Below are positions 39,232-50,700 of a DNA stretch of 64,000 bases, in pieces; the first letter of the stretch is position 1, and every line of letters starts with the position of its first letter. The stretch is from Azolla caroliniana. Lineage: Eukaryota > Plantae > Polypodiophyta. The stretch lies in contig JBHGNT010000001.1 of assembly GCA_043228905.1 (NCBI GenBank), positions 22,258,001-22,322,000 on the forward strand. The letters run 5' to 3'. The translations under genes and the position numbers were made by a program. The notes beneath the pieces were generated by a model, which saw only the letters and a list, made by a program, of their open reading frames with translations, was not told the DNA's origin and did not search any database.

Positions 39232-39555
39232 CGGGTCTGCACCATCCGGCTCTCCGTAGCCGGGTACTCCTCATCCGGTTCATACCGGGTCTGTATCCTT
39301 CGGCTCTCCGTAGCCGGGTACTCCTCATTCAGTTCATACCGGGTCTGTATCCTCCGGCTCTCCGTAGCCGGGTACTCCTCATCCGGTTCATACCGGGTCT
39401 GTATCATCCGACTCTCCGTAGCCGAGTACTCCTCATCAGGTTCATACCGAGTCTGTATCATCCGGCTCTCCGTAGCCGGGTACTCCTCATCAGGTTCATA
39501 CCGGGTCTGCACCATCCGGCTCTCCGTAGCCGGGTCCTCCTCATACGGTTTCGGC
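39232..39555. repeat. 54-bp tandem repeat, 6 copies in the 5' LTR (4 copies at ~34397-34610 in the 3' LTR)
   Basis: Unit CCGGGTCTGTATCATCCGGCTCTCCGTAGCCGGGTACTCCTCATCCGGTTCATA. Confidence 0.95.
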
Positions 39556-42435
39556 CTCGGCCTCGGCCGAGTTTGCTCATAGGCACTGTTCTTCTCCCTT
39601 CCCATCCGGAGGGACCTGTCTCCCAACACTTCAATCTTCCGCGGTCGTAGTCGGTGCTTTGTGTCGAACCGGCTTTTATTCTGGAATCGCGCTTCTTGTT
39701 GTCGGCGCATTGCTTCCGCCACGTCTTCCGGTCTTCCCTCTAGTTATCGTATCCGGACCGCTAGTAGTTCTTCCCGGCTCATCTCTTCCTTCCACGATAG
39801 CACTGTCCATGTCGCGATCGCGGTTTCCGTTGGCATTACCGGTGCTTGTACGGTCATGAGTTGTACCAGCATGTAACCGGTTACGGAGCTATGCATCGTC
39901 CGATCTTCCCATAGTGCATACGGAAGCATTTGCGGCCAATCCTTCACCCTTCCATCGCATGCCTTCGCAAGTGCTTTGACAATCGGACTATGTCCTCATT
40001 CGATCTTCCCGTTGGCTGTTGGATTGTATGCCGTTGTCAGTGTTACCCAAACTCCATGTCTGGTGAAGAATTCCTTAGCTTTATCAGAGTCAAGTTCTCC
40101 CCGATCCGCAATCACTTGTCCTACGCACCTGTACCTGCAAAATACCTCCTCCAAAAGAAATTGGCATATTACAAAACACGTTTTCCTTCGTAGCGCCCGA
40201 CCTTCTACTTGGTTTGTGAGATCTTCTCGAGCTAACACCAAGTACTTCTTTTGTCCGATCCTGATTGGCATGGCTACAATATCGACCATCCATTTGAAGT
40301 TGATTGTCGGTGAGAATGTCGTATGTAACTCATCTCGGTGTCGAACTCCGGAGTAGATTTGACACTTCTCGCAGCTTTCCATGAATTCCGCTATATCTTT
40401 GTACATGTTCTTCCACCAATATTTTTGTTTGATTTTCATAAAAGTTGCCCATGTTCCTCGATGTCCAGCCCAATCGGATTCGTGAAATTCGGACATTATC
40501 CGGTTTCGTTGCTCTTTCGTCCCGACTACCCGAAGTGGTATGCCATCTGGTCTTTTCGGCTCCCTCCATATTAATCCATTTTTCAAGAAGAACTTTCTGA
40601 CATGCCGCTTCTTACTTCGGATCTCGGCTCTCTTCTCTTTATTGTCCGATGATTCCTCGATTTCTTGTAGCACTTTCCCGATTAGCAAGCTTTCTCCCTC
40701 GTATTCTTCTTCCCGGAATTCTCGGATTACGTTCACCCGGCATATGTGCTTCGAAGCAAAGAAGTTTTCGGAAACTTCTTCATTATCGGATTCGGTTATG
40801 TCATCTTCGAACCGCACCCTTGATAGCATATCCGCTACCACGTTGTCTTTTCCAGAGATGTGTCGTACCTCCGGATTAAGCGACTTAACATATGCAATCC
40901 ATCTTAGCATAGCCACATCCGGTATCATGCAACACCACATCATCCCGAGTATCGGAAGACAATCCGTTTCGATCACTACTTCGGCTCCGATCAAATAGTC
41001 TCGATCCGATTTGATCGCCGACACGACCCCCCATAATTCTCTTTTGACTTGTGCATATCCGAATTACCTTTTGTTGAGAACCTTTGCTCCGAATCGGATC
41101 GGATATCGCAAACCATCCGGATCGGCTTGATTGATGACCCATCCGATTCCAGTTGGACTTGTGTCAACCGTTACTATGATCGGTCGGTCATAATTCGGCT
41201 TCTTTAGTGCTTTTGCCCTCCGTAGTGATTTCTTGAGCTTCTTCACGGCTTTGGTATGCTCTGGTTTCCATTCGAACTTCTTACCCTTCCCCAACAAGTG
41301 ATAGAGTGGGTCCGCAATATGTGCATAGTGCGGACTCGATATGTGGTAGAATGCACACGCTCCGAGAAACCTTCGGACTTTGGATTGTGACTCGGATACT
41401 TCTTTCATCGCTTGAATCGCATCGATCTTGGTCGGTGACGGTCTTTGGCCGTAGGGCCCACATAGATGTCCAAATGCTGATTTCTCACCAGAAAGTGTTA
41501 GGTGCACATCTTCTAACTTTCGAAGCATTTTCTCACAATCGCGAATATGGTCGACTACAAACTGTCGGCATCCTTGATCATCCTTTTATCGGAATGTCAT
41601 CTAGAATCGTGACCTTGTTCACCGGTTGCAAATCTTGAATAAATTGGAGTGACCCATTCTTCTTTGGAACCGTAAACCATCGATTTGAGTACGAAGCGTT
41701 TGATGGCTCTAGAATCCCCATCGCCACCTTCTCCTTGAGCAAGTCGATGACTTTCGGAATATGCGCCCGTGGCACCGGAATCGGCTTCAGGTTCCACGGC
41801 ACATGGTCAATCGTGAAGATCACCATCGGCTCCACTATCTTCGGATCAACGCACCCTATCTCCTTCGATGTGAATGCAAATGCTTTCCCATGTTGTTCCA
41901 ACATCCCTCAGAATCGTTCTTCTTCATTTTGTAAAAGGAAACCACCTCCACTGATCCGAAGTTTCTTCCTGGTCTCATCCGTGAAGGCATGTCCGATATC
42001 CACAGACTTCCGAAGTGTCGGATCTCCCGAGACTTCTTTCCTCTTTTGTTCGCTATTGGCGGGTAGTGGTCCCGCGGCCGGTTTCACCTTCTTCTCCACG
42101 GTCTTGTATTTCGTACTTACCATTGCTTCTTCTTTGAGGAGCGCATCCGGCCCCATTTTCACAATGATCTCGTACATCTCGATTGATTCCACCGGGACTA
42201 CCCGGTCTCCCTGGCTTGTATCTTTCGCGAGCTCTTCAAGCCGTTGTAGCGTGCTCCCATAGAACACTTCTTCGACTATTCCCACGATTTCTTCATCTTC
42301 TTTTATTATTGATGCCAACCCTAACTTATCCACCACTTTTCGGTATTCTTTCTTCATTCCTCCAGTTACGACTGTGTACGTAGATGCCCCATCCGGACCG
42401 ATTCGTACTTGTTTTGCTTCGAGAGTTTTCTTCCT

Positions 42436-42501
42436 ATGTGGGGTATCAGGGCTTCTCGGACTATCACTTCCCCACTCCAGAACAGTCCGCTCTAAAAATC
42501 C
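42436..42501 (-). promoter_or_regulatory. Putative -1 ribosomal frameshift signal (G GAU UUU plus pseudoknot) between gag-PR and RT
   Basis: Heptamer 42501-42495 lies immediately before the gag-PR TAG. The -1 frame is open into ORF 41908..42357. Stem1 CGGACTGTT/GATAGTCCG, stem2 GTGGGG/CCCCAC. Confidence 0.75.
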
Positions 42502-45500
42502 ATCCTTGTGTGGGACAAGAGCTCTCTCTTGTTCCTTTCATGATTTGCCGGCACCGTTAGGAATTGGATAGATTTCCCTCCGTTTTGGCCCCGAATTCGT
42601 GCAAAAGCCGCACTGCTATCAAGCACCTTCATCTCCATCCATGAAGCCATGATAAAGGGTTGCCCGAGGATCACGGAGTGTGAGACCTCGTCTTGTACGA
42701 AGAAATTTTGGTCGATCTCGACATCCCCGATCTTCACCGTCACATCCGGACAAGCCGCAAATAGATCTTCCGTTGCTTTAGTGGCCGCCCGGATCTTCCA
42801 TCCATGATTCGTGTTAATAGACCACTTCCCCTTCCGGTAGAACTCCTTAGAAATCAAATTGATCTCCGATCCGTGATCAATCAATGCTAGCACGGGCTCT
42901 TTGATGTTGCCGATTCGGACCGGAGTCTCCGTAGTTGCACGTGCCCAGTGTGGCCTTGTGTAGTGGGAGTTCGGTATTTCGTCCTCCACTTCGGTGTCAT
43001 TCATCAGAATGGTATTTGCATTCACTATTGGCGCATTTTCCTCCGTAGTTTGTCTTTTTCTTTTTACGAGATCCACAAGAAGATCATGGAACTCTTTTTT
43101 TGCTATTCCAAGTAGTTCCCGAAGTGAAAAATCTACCCGGTTGTCAAGGATTCTCTCCTGGAACACTTTCTTTATGTCTGTCTGTTGCTCGATGTCCGAA
43201 GCAAGTTTGAATGTCGGAATCGATTTTCCTTTCCCTCTTCCGTCGGAGTTCCAGCTCTCCGGTGTCTTCGATGGTCCAGCCGCATCCTCTGTGCATCGCT
43301 GCTTCTCGTCCACATACACCTCATGTAATTGACATAGGGCGTATACGCTATTCTTATCGACGGGGCACTCCCATCCCGTAGCTTCCCGGATGCCTTCCGC
43401 GGTGCTTTGGATCTCGTTGGAGTCGGTTTTCTCGGTGTTTTCTAGCACATTCGGCCAAAAAGACACCTTTGCTCCTAATGACTCCCCGACACGTATTCCC
43501 GCAGTTGTCGCATAATTGCTCTTCACCGCTATTTCCTCCTCTAGGACCTTCTTCATGCCGCCTTTTCGGAAGTTCGGTCGGAGCGGCTTCTGAGAGTCCA
43601 TCGAATGAATCTGATTTCCCTCGTAGTAGATAAGATCCTGTCGTAGCGCTTCCTTGTGCTCATTGCAATCCCTTCGATCATGTTTGCTGCTATCGCACCA
43701 TATGCACCTACGGTCCATATACTTCGAACTTGTGGGATGGTCATCCGACTTCTTCACCATCGCGATTTTTAGATTCTCCATCTCCTTCAGCAACTACTCC
43801 ACCGTAGTTGCGTCGATTCCATTCTCGGTCGTAGCTTCCCGAGCCCGTGGTTGATGGTCTTCCGATCGGGATCTCGGTTTCGGAATCGGTTCCAAAACCC
43901 TCTTTTCTTCATTGGCAATCCATTGCCCCCTCTTTGTGTATCGCGCGACGCTATCCCGCACGCTTTCCCATGTTTCGGTGAGGCCACTCTCGGTATTCGT
44001 GTCCTCTAGAAGCACTCCAAGATCCTTCCGGTCCCGGACTTCTACGACTCGTAAGAACATGGTAACTTTGTCCGGTGCAAGGATAGCTTGATCTCTCGCA
44101 GCCAACCTCCCGAACCAACTTTCGAATGCCGAAAACACATCGAGGACCTTCATACCCTTGTCCGGCGTTTCCACCAAATCCTCGAATCCTCTCTACGTTG
44201 CCTTGGAGGAGTCCTCGATAGCGAACGTGGTCTTTAGCGCCTCTTCAAATGCTTCCCACGTCAGATTTTGTTATCATAGCCCGTGGATACTTGCTTGAAG
44301 CCCATCGGTAGCCACCCAATTTAAGGATGCCACTTGCAGTCCTTCCGAAATCCTGCACCGTAGCATTTCCGCCTTGTAGTCCCAAAGATAGCGTGATACG
44401 TCGTTTCCGTTGAATTGCCCAATCCGTTGCACGAGCCGCTCTACTGTCGCTGCTATCTTCGACATCGCACGTTGTTCTTGAAGCATCCACTCGAACATCA
44501 TCATCATGTTGTTAGCCTCCGGTTGATTTTCCATCTCCTTGCCACCCGTGTTCACGTCGGGTTCGCCACTTGTGTTGTGCCTTTCAGCTCCGGATCGTTG
44601 CGTGAATCGGGTGGGAACGACCGAGGTTTTGGACTAGGAGAAAAGAAAATTCTAAAATAATTAAGAATATGAAATATATGGTAAGAAAGAAAGATATGAA
44701 AAACTCGTGAATCCCACGAGTATAGTGTATTAATTGATACTTAGAATGTCAGAGAGAAATAAATGGCAAAATCGTGAATCCCACGAATATTTTTTTATTA
44801 ATCAATCCTTGTAAAATAATCAACAACCCCCCATACATCTTTCTCTCCTCCTTATATAAGGATGGAAGAGGCTAAGCATAGCTTCATGCTTTTTGTAAAG
44901 TGTTCATGCACACTAAATGTGCATGAGTTGCCTTTTTACACTATGCTTTTATTTCCTAAATATAGTGCTCATGCTCGTTAGATGTGCACGAGTCATTTTT
45001 TATTGGTGTACATTTTTCTTATAAATAAAGTATTCACGCATTCTAAAAAAATGCATGACTTACCTTTTAATAAAGGTAGGCGTAAATAAAGGTCTTATAT
45101 ATATTAAATCTATATTTAGAAAACTTAGGATAAGTTAGTACAATGGTAAGGTTGGGGTTTGTTTACGTGGAGGTATAGGGTTTGAATCTTGCCCTATGCA
45201 TGTAATAAATATTTTTAATATTTTATTTTATTTACTATACGTACTTTAAATCGGATATAGTATTTTACATATTTCACGTAGTGTGTAATTCACACTACGA
45301 CATTGTAGAGGACAGAGCAACATGAGTTACAAGCAGAACAACCGGAGACGGAGAGAGCAAAGCCTCAACTGGAGACACACATGAAGCAACCAGAGCCGGA
45401 GATGCAACAACCAACGGGGAGTGATAAAGAGCGGTTGGAACCATTAGACCAAAGCATCCTAGACATACTTGATGAGGAGTAGAAAGGGTTGACCATGTGT

Positions 45501-47710
45501 TCGACGTGCAATGCACTGTTCCACGGGCGTAACATGTGTTGGCCTAAGAGGAAGAGTATGATCCAGAGGCAGAGGTGTGAACCGGAAAGGGATAAAGTTA
45601 GAGGATATTAATAATACATTATAGATAAATAATATTAAGGAAATGACGGATTCGAATACACACCGTTTTGTAATCGGTAGCTGCATGAGGCACCCTTTTT
45701 TACTACTTACCGGATGCCTATATAAAGGATCCGGATTTATGTATCTTATACGGAAGTAATACAAGTTGAACTAGTAATTTTTTATCTTATTGTCTCTCTT
45801 GTGTACTTGCCGTCTGTGCTATAATTCATTATCTTACACGTGTGATTGAGCGCCGGATATGTAGTACAGTAAGTGTTCCGGAAAGTAACCATATATTGAT
45901 AAGTGTCTGAGTGAGAAACCTAATCCATATCTCTGACCACCCCTTCGAATAAGTATTTTAGAAAGGGATACCTTGTGTTAGCGGCTAAGTCTAGACTAGG
46001 AGTAACAGTCATCATAGGTCTCGACGATCCTCAGTTGTTCTGGTTTTTCCAAATATGAGAACCACTCTTCGTGGCTCATCATGTGATTCGATGCTCTGGA
46101 ATCAACATACCACACCTCGTTCAGTTTCGAGGTGTTTGTCTTCATCGAGTTGGCCTTGTGCTTCATCACAAAGGCAAGGGCTTTCTGGCTTGCTTTGAGC
46201 CTTCCGTGTAGTGCGACCACTTACGATTTCCTTGTTTGGCTCTGCTCGATTTGGATTTCTCCAAATCGGCCTTCTTCTTCCAACACTCACTTTCTTTGTG
46301 GCCTTTCCGGCCACAATACCAACATTTTGTCGCAACCACAACACTGTATTGGCTCTGCCCTGCACGTGGAGGGTCCAGAACTCTTGTCGGCATGTCGATT
46401 ATGCCTCTGGTTTTTCTCTTGTCGGCCGCCACCATTGCATTCCAATCTACCTCGTTCTCCACAAACACAAGGGCTATCCGCCTCCATGTACAACATCCGA
46501 CTGTCAGATTGTGTGCTTCTTGACACACTCGCATGGTTTTCTTCGAACATAAGCATCAATTGCAGGTCAAAAAATGATGGTGGTTTCTGCCTTCTGCAAA
46601 TAGGTTGGCAAATCTATACCATTTCGTCCTTGTCCACCATCACATTGATGGACCCCAATGCGTCACGGATTTCCTTGATTGTGGTGGTGTAGTCGGTCAG
46701 CTTCATATCCCTTTGCCGGATATTGTTGACCTCTTGACGGAGCTGCAACTTCTCGGCCTATGGTACTTGCAAAGAAAATCTTCTTCAGATTTTCCCAGAC
46801 CTCCTTCGGCGTCTTTGCATCTCGAATGTAGCCCAACATCTGGTCGTGCACGCAGGATGAAAGACAGTACAATACTCTACTTACCTCTTGCTCTCCCACA
46901 CCAGATAATCATTGAGTTTTGACTCTGGCACTACCTTGTTCTCGTCATGGATGTAACTCTTGTAACCATGCCCGAGTAGGTACTTGTGCATCTTGTATTC
47001 CCAAGATTGGTAATTGCTTCTGTCCAACTTCTCTATCGGAAGAGCACCACCCATTCCTCTAACCATTTTCTTCCTTTCTGTTCTGATCTAGGGATTAGGA
47101 TTTGTTTGTGTTGAATGCTTGTCGGCAGTAGAGGATTGTCAATCCTCGTGCTCTAATACCATGTAAATATTAGCGTGTAGAAGCTAAATGGAACTCAACC
47201 GGCTCAGTCGGGCAACATTAGAAAATACAAAGATAACAATGGAAGAACACATAGTATGTAGGAGAGGTCTTGCCCGGACAGAAGAGCAAGGACAAGTGGG
47301 AAGGCGGAGTCGGATCGGATAATAGGAAGTAAATAATAGTAGAATTATTATTCGGAGGGACGGATCCGGTACAGTTGTACCGATCCGGATCCGGACCGAT
47401 TCGGATGTCGGTTGCCTAAGCGCACCGATTGTAACCTTGCCGGATGCCTATAAAAGGATCCGATGATTTGTAAAAGGCTTGGACGGAAGTAATACAAAAG
47501 TAATTATTGCGTGTTTATCTGTATCTTCGTATTGTTTACCGTCTATGCTTAATTGTAATCATCTTACGCGTGTAACCTAACATCCAATCCTTACCACCCC
47601 TTTGGAGAAGTGTCGGATAGACACCTGTGTTGAGGCTAGTCCGGCCAGGCAGACAACACTATTTTGGCGACCACGATTCCTGCAAAGTGCAGAGGACAAC
47701 CGGGGGATGG

Positions 47711-50700
47711 ATGTCTAGACCAAACGATGACCACATCACCGAACGAGGGAGACGATACACCGAATGCGAGCAACGACGGGAAGCCCTGCAGCAAGCCGTC
47801 GACGAGATCCGGCGGGATCGGTCATTCTCCAAAACTCTTCGGAGAGTCGCAGAAGAAGCACTGCAGTTCCGGGTTCTGCAAATCCCCGACGAAGGCAGTA
47901 GCATAACAAGCCTGCAGGAGGCGGAAACAATACTACAGACGCTCGCCGGGGGCGACGGGGACTCGGAATCATTCGCAACACTTGAGGCGGAGTCGGAAAG
48001 CGACGGAAGCGTTGCGTCCCGGTATAAAAGCAGCCACGCCACACCAAACGATCCGGAGGAAGAGGGGTCGGAAGACTCAGTAACACCGGAGCCAGAGGAA
48101 GAAATAACCTTGGAGTTCGGTGACCGGTAATCGCTGAGGGAGGCTGAGCGGATACCGACAACACCCGCGAAGGAACCGAAGGAGCGGATACCGACAACAC
48201 CCATGAAGGAACCGAAGGAGTGGATACCGACAACACCCGCGGAGGAACCAAAGGACCGGACACCGACGACACCCGCGGAGGAACCGAAGGAGCGGATACC
48301 GACAACACCCGCGAAGGAACCGAAGGAGTGGATACCGACAACACCCGCGGAGGAACCAAAGGACCGGACACCGACGACACCCGCGGAGGAACTGAAGGAG
48401 CGGATACCGGCACCAACCGCGAAGGAACCAAAGGTTCTCACACCGACGCCAACAGTGGACAGAGAGCGGAGTAAGCAGGAGAGTCAGTCGGACGACACGA
48501 TGTCGTATCCATACCCAAAGTACCGGGATGAGCCCGACGCGGAGGCACACGTGTACGCATTCCTCCAAACATGGGAAGCCAACCATGTCTCCCAAAGACT
48601 GACGGAGCCCGAAGCCGAATGATCCAAAGTCGCCGAATTTGGCATGACCTTAGAAGGACCGGCGGCCCGATGGCACGCAAAGCACTTACCGGGTAGCTTT
48701 GCTACATTCGATGCCTTGAAGGCCAGATTCCTCAGGCTTTTTCACAGACAAGTTGAGCAAAGGGAATTGGTCGGGCAATTCTACACCACCCGGCAGGAAG
48801 AGACCGAGACTGTGCCACAATTCATCATTCGGTTTCAGACCCTGCACAGCCAACTGACGAGAGCACCACCCGAAGACGAAGCCAAAGCCAAAGCCGTCTT
48901 TTTGGCCGCGCTGAAAGAGCCACTTCGAACAATGTGCGGAGTCCTTGATTTCCACACCAGCACAATGGACCAAGTTATTGATCGGGTTTTAGAAATGGAC
49001 AAGACTAGCCCCCTCTTGTCGATGGGGATGTTACACCGGGCACTCCCGAAGGAGGAAGACCTGAGGTTCCGACAGGCCTTACAATGCACAACATGCCTAA
49101 ATTCGGGCCACTCAACAGTAGACTGCACCCTGCGGACACAATGTATGATCTGCAACTCTCGAGCCCATACAACGGACCGATGCGAATATAACTTGTTAAA
49201 TCGGCAGGCAACACCGGTTCGACACATAGAACCGCGCAATCAGAACCCGGACGAGGATCGATTCCGGAGAGACGACCGCTACCAACGCGAACGCGGTAAC
49301 AGATACGCTGATAGAAGACGCGATAACTATGACCGAGAGGAGAAACGCAAAGATAGCTACCCCCGGGACCGGTACGACCGAGACGAATCCCCGGAATACG
49401 AACAACACAGAGAAGAGAGGCGACAAGGGAACCGAAATTTCCGACGGAATCAGAAGCGTGGATTTTTCCGAAGAGAGGAACGTCGGGAGGCAGCGAGGAA
49501 TGACAACCCGGTATCGGTACCGGATAACCGAAAAACCGAAGACGACCGTCGAAGCATACCCACCGTCCAAACCCGGGACAAAGGAGAAACGAGCAACAGT
49601 CACAAGGTGTACTGTTATTACTACTGTAAGGAAGGCCACTATAGTAACCAATGCCCAAGCAAAACCAATGACAAGCAGCCGGAAGTCAACATGGTTACAG
49701 CCGAAATAACAGAAGTACAACAGGTCACAACCCGGTCAAAGGGAAAGACCGCCGAGTGGGAAGCCCAAGAGGCAATCAGAAAACAAGCGGCGCAATGGAT
49801 CAAGGAGGCCAATGAACAGAATGCGGCAGAAGTAAGAGACCAAAATATGCCAAAAGACGAAGAAATCATACAGCTAGGAGAAAACCCGACGTGGCAAGCG
49901 CTACAGGACTATCAAATCGTGCTGCCGTTAGCACGGCTACTACAGTTGGTGCCACGGTTTACGGCAGACTTACAGGCATCCGTGAGCAAACCAAAGCCGA
50001 CACCAGCACCGGCATTCTTCTCCAACCCGGAGGAAGGACCAGCGGTGGTCGATACAAGTAGCCCGGCGATCACGGCAATCGTGAAAGGAAAGGAAATTGC
50101 TGGAACGATTATTGACGGAGGCTCCGGGGTAAATGTCATCAGCCGACAGACATGCGATAACCTGGGCATCCGGGAATGGGAACCATGCCCCTTCTGGTTA
50201 CGCATGGCGGATACCAGCTCAGTCCGACCGACCGGGCTTATCCGGGATTTGGAAGTAACGATCGAAGGCCACGTATTCCGGATATCGGCCGTGGTGCTGC
50301 AACTGAATGTACAAGGCGCGTACCCCCTACTGCTAGGACGACCATGGCTGCGAACGGCGCATATCAAGCAGAATTGGCAAAAGAACATGATCACATTCCG
50401 GCGAGGGAAAACAAAGGTACGAGTAATGACGCAACCATGGGTGATCGCCAGTAAGGAAGCAACTCCATTGTATGCAGAAAGCATCAACATGTTGGAGGGA
50501 TTACCGGACGAGGAAGTCGAGCGGTACCTCGAGGAACACCCACGAATCGTCCCACTATTTGAGGTGGATATCACGGCGGCAGTAGAACCGTACATGACGA
50601 CGCCGGATGAACCGGACCAAGCGGCGATCCGGGAACTGCGACAAGCGCAGGAATCCCTAGAGAGGGAAATGACGATATCCCAGAGGGTAAAAGCATCCCA

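Larger units (their letters stand above)
33924..39628 (-). mobile_element. Copia-A element 3, full length, TSD CTTCA (5' LTR 38762-39628, 3' LTR 33924-34685)
   Basis: TSD at 33919-33923 and 39629-39633. PBS iMet 38748-38759 and PPT 34686-34696. Inserted in the gypsy-C integrase. Confidence 0.96.
32783..45302 (-). mobile_element. Gypsy-C element, near full length (730-bp LTRs 44573-45302 and 32783-33512; PBS tRNA-Trp; PPT ~33513-33524)
   Basis: LTRs are about 3% divergent by eye. PBS TGGCGAACCCGACGTGAA. Gag with CIWCDSSKHDRRDC, protease LIDHGSEIN, partly deleted RT, RH VDTSP, IN ADRGE, WFGPY. Confidence 0.92.
29620..46007 (+). mobile_element. Gypsy-A element 2, 5'-truncated and multiply deleted; 3' LTR 45537-46007; split by gypsy-C
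   Basis: ORFs 29746..30216, 30195..31046 and 31523..31837 are homologous to pol and ORF2 of 47268-57453. The ORF2 tail resumes at 45303. Start is approximate. Confidence 0.85.

Noticed and set aside
39141-39722. Repetitive ORFs in several frames of copia-A LTRs (also 34306..34852 and 7157..7495)
   Set aside because: These are by-products of a stop-free 54-bp repeat. Their recurrence simply reflects LTR identity.
45296-45310. Missing TSD of gypsy-C, with GACATTGT on both sides, suggesting recombinase-like integration
   Set aside because: A simpler explanation is TSD GACAT with the right copy shortened by slippage (LTR end GACA+GACAT -> GACAT).
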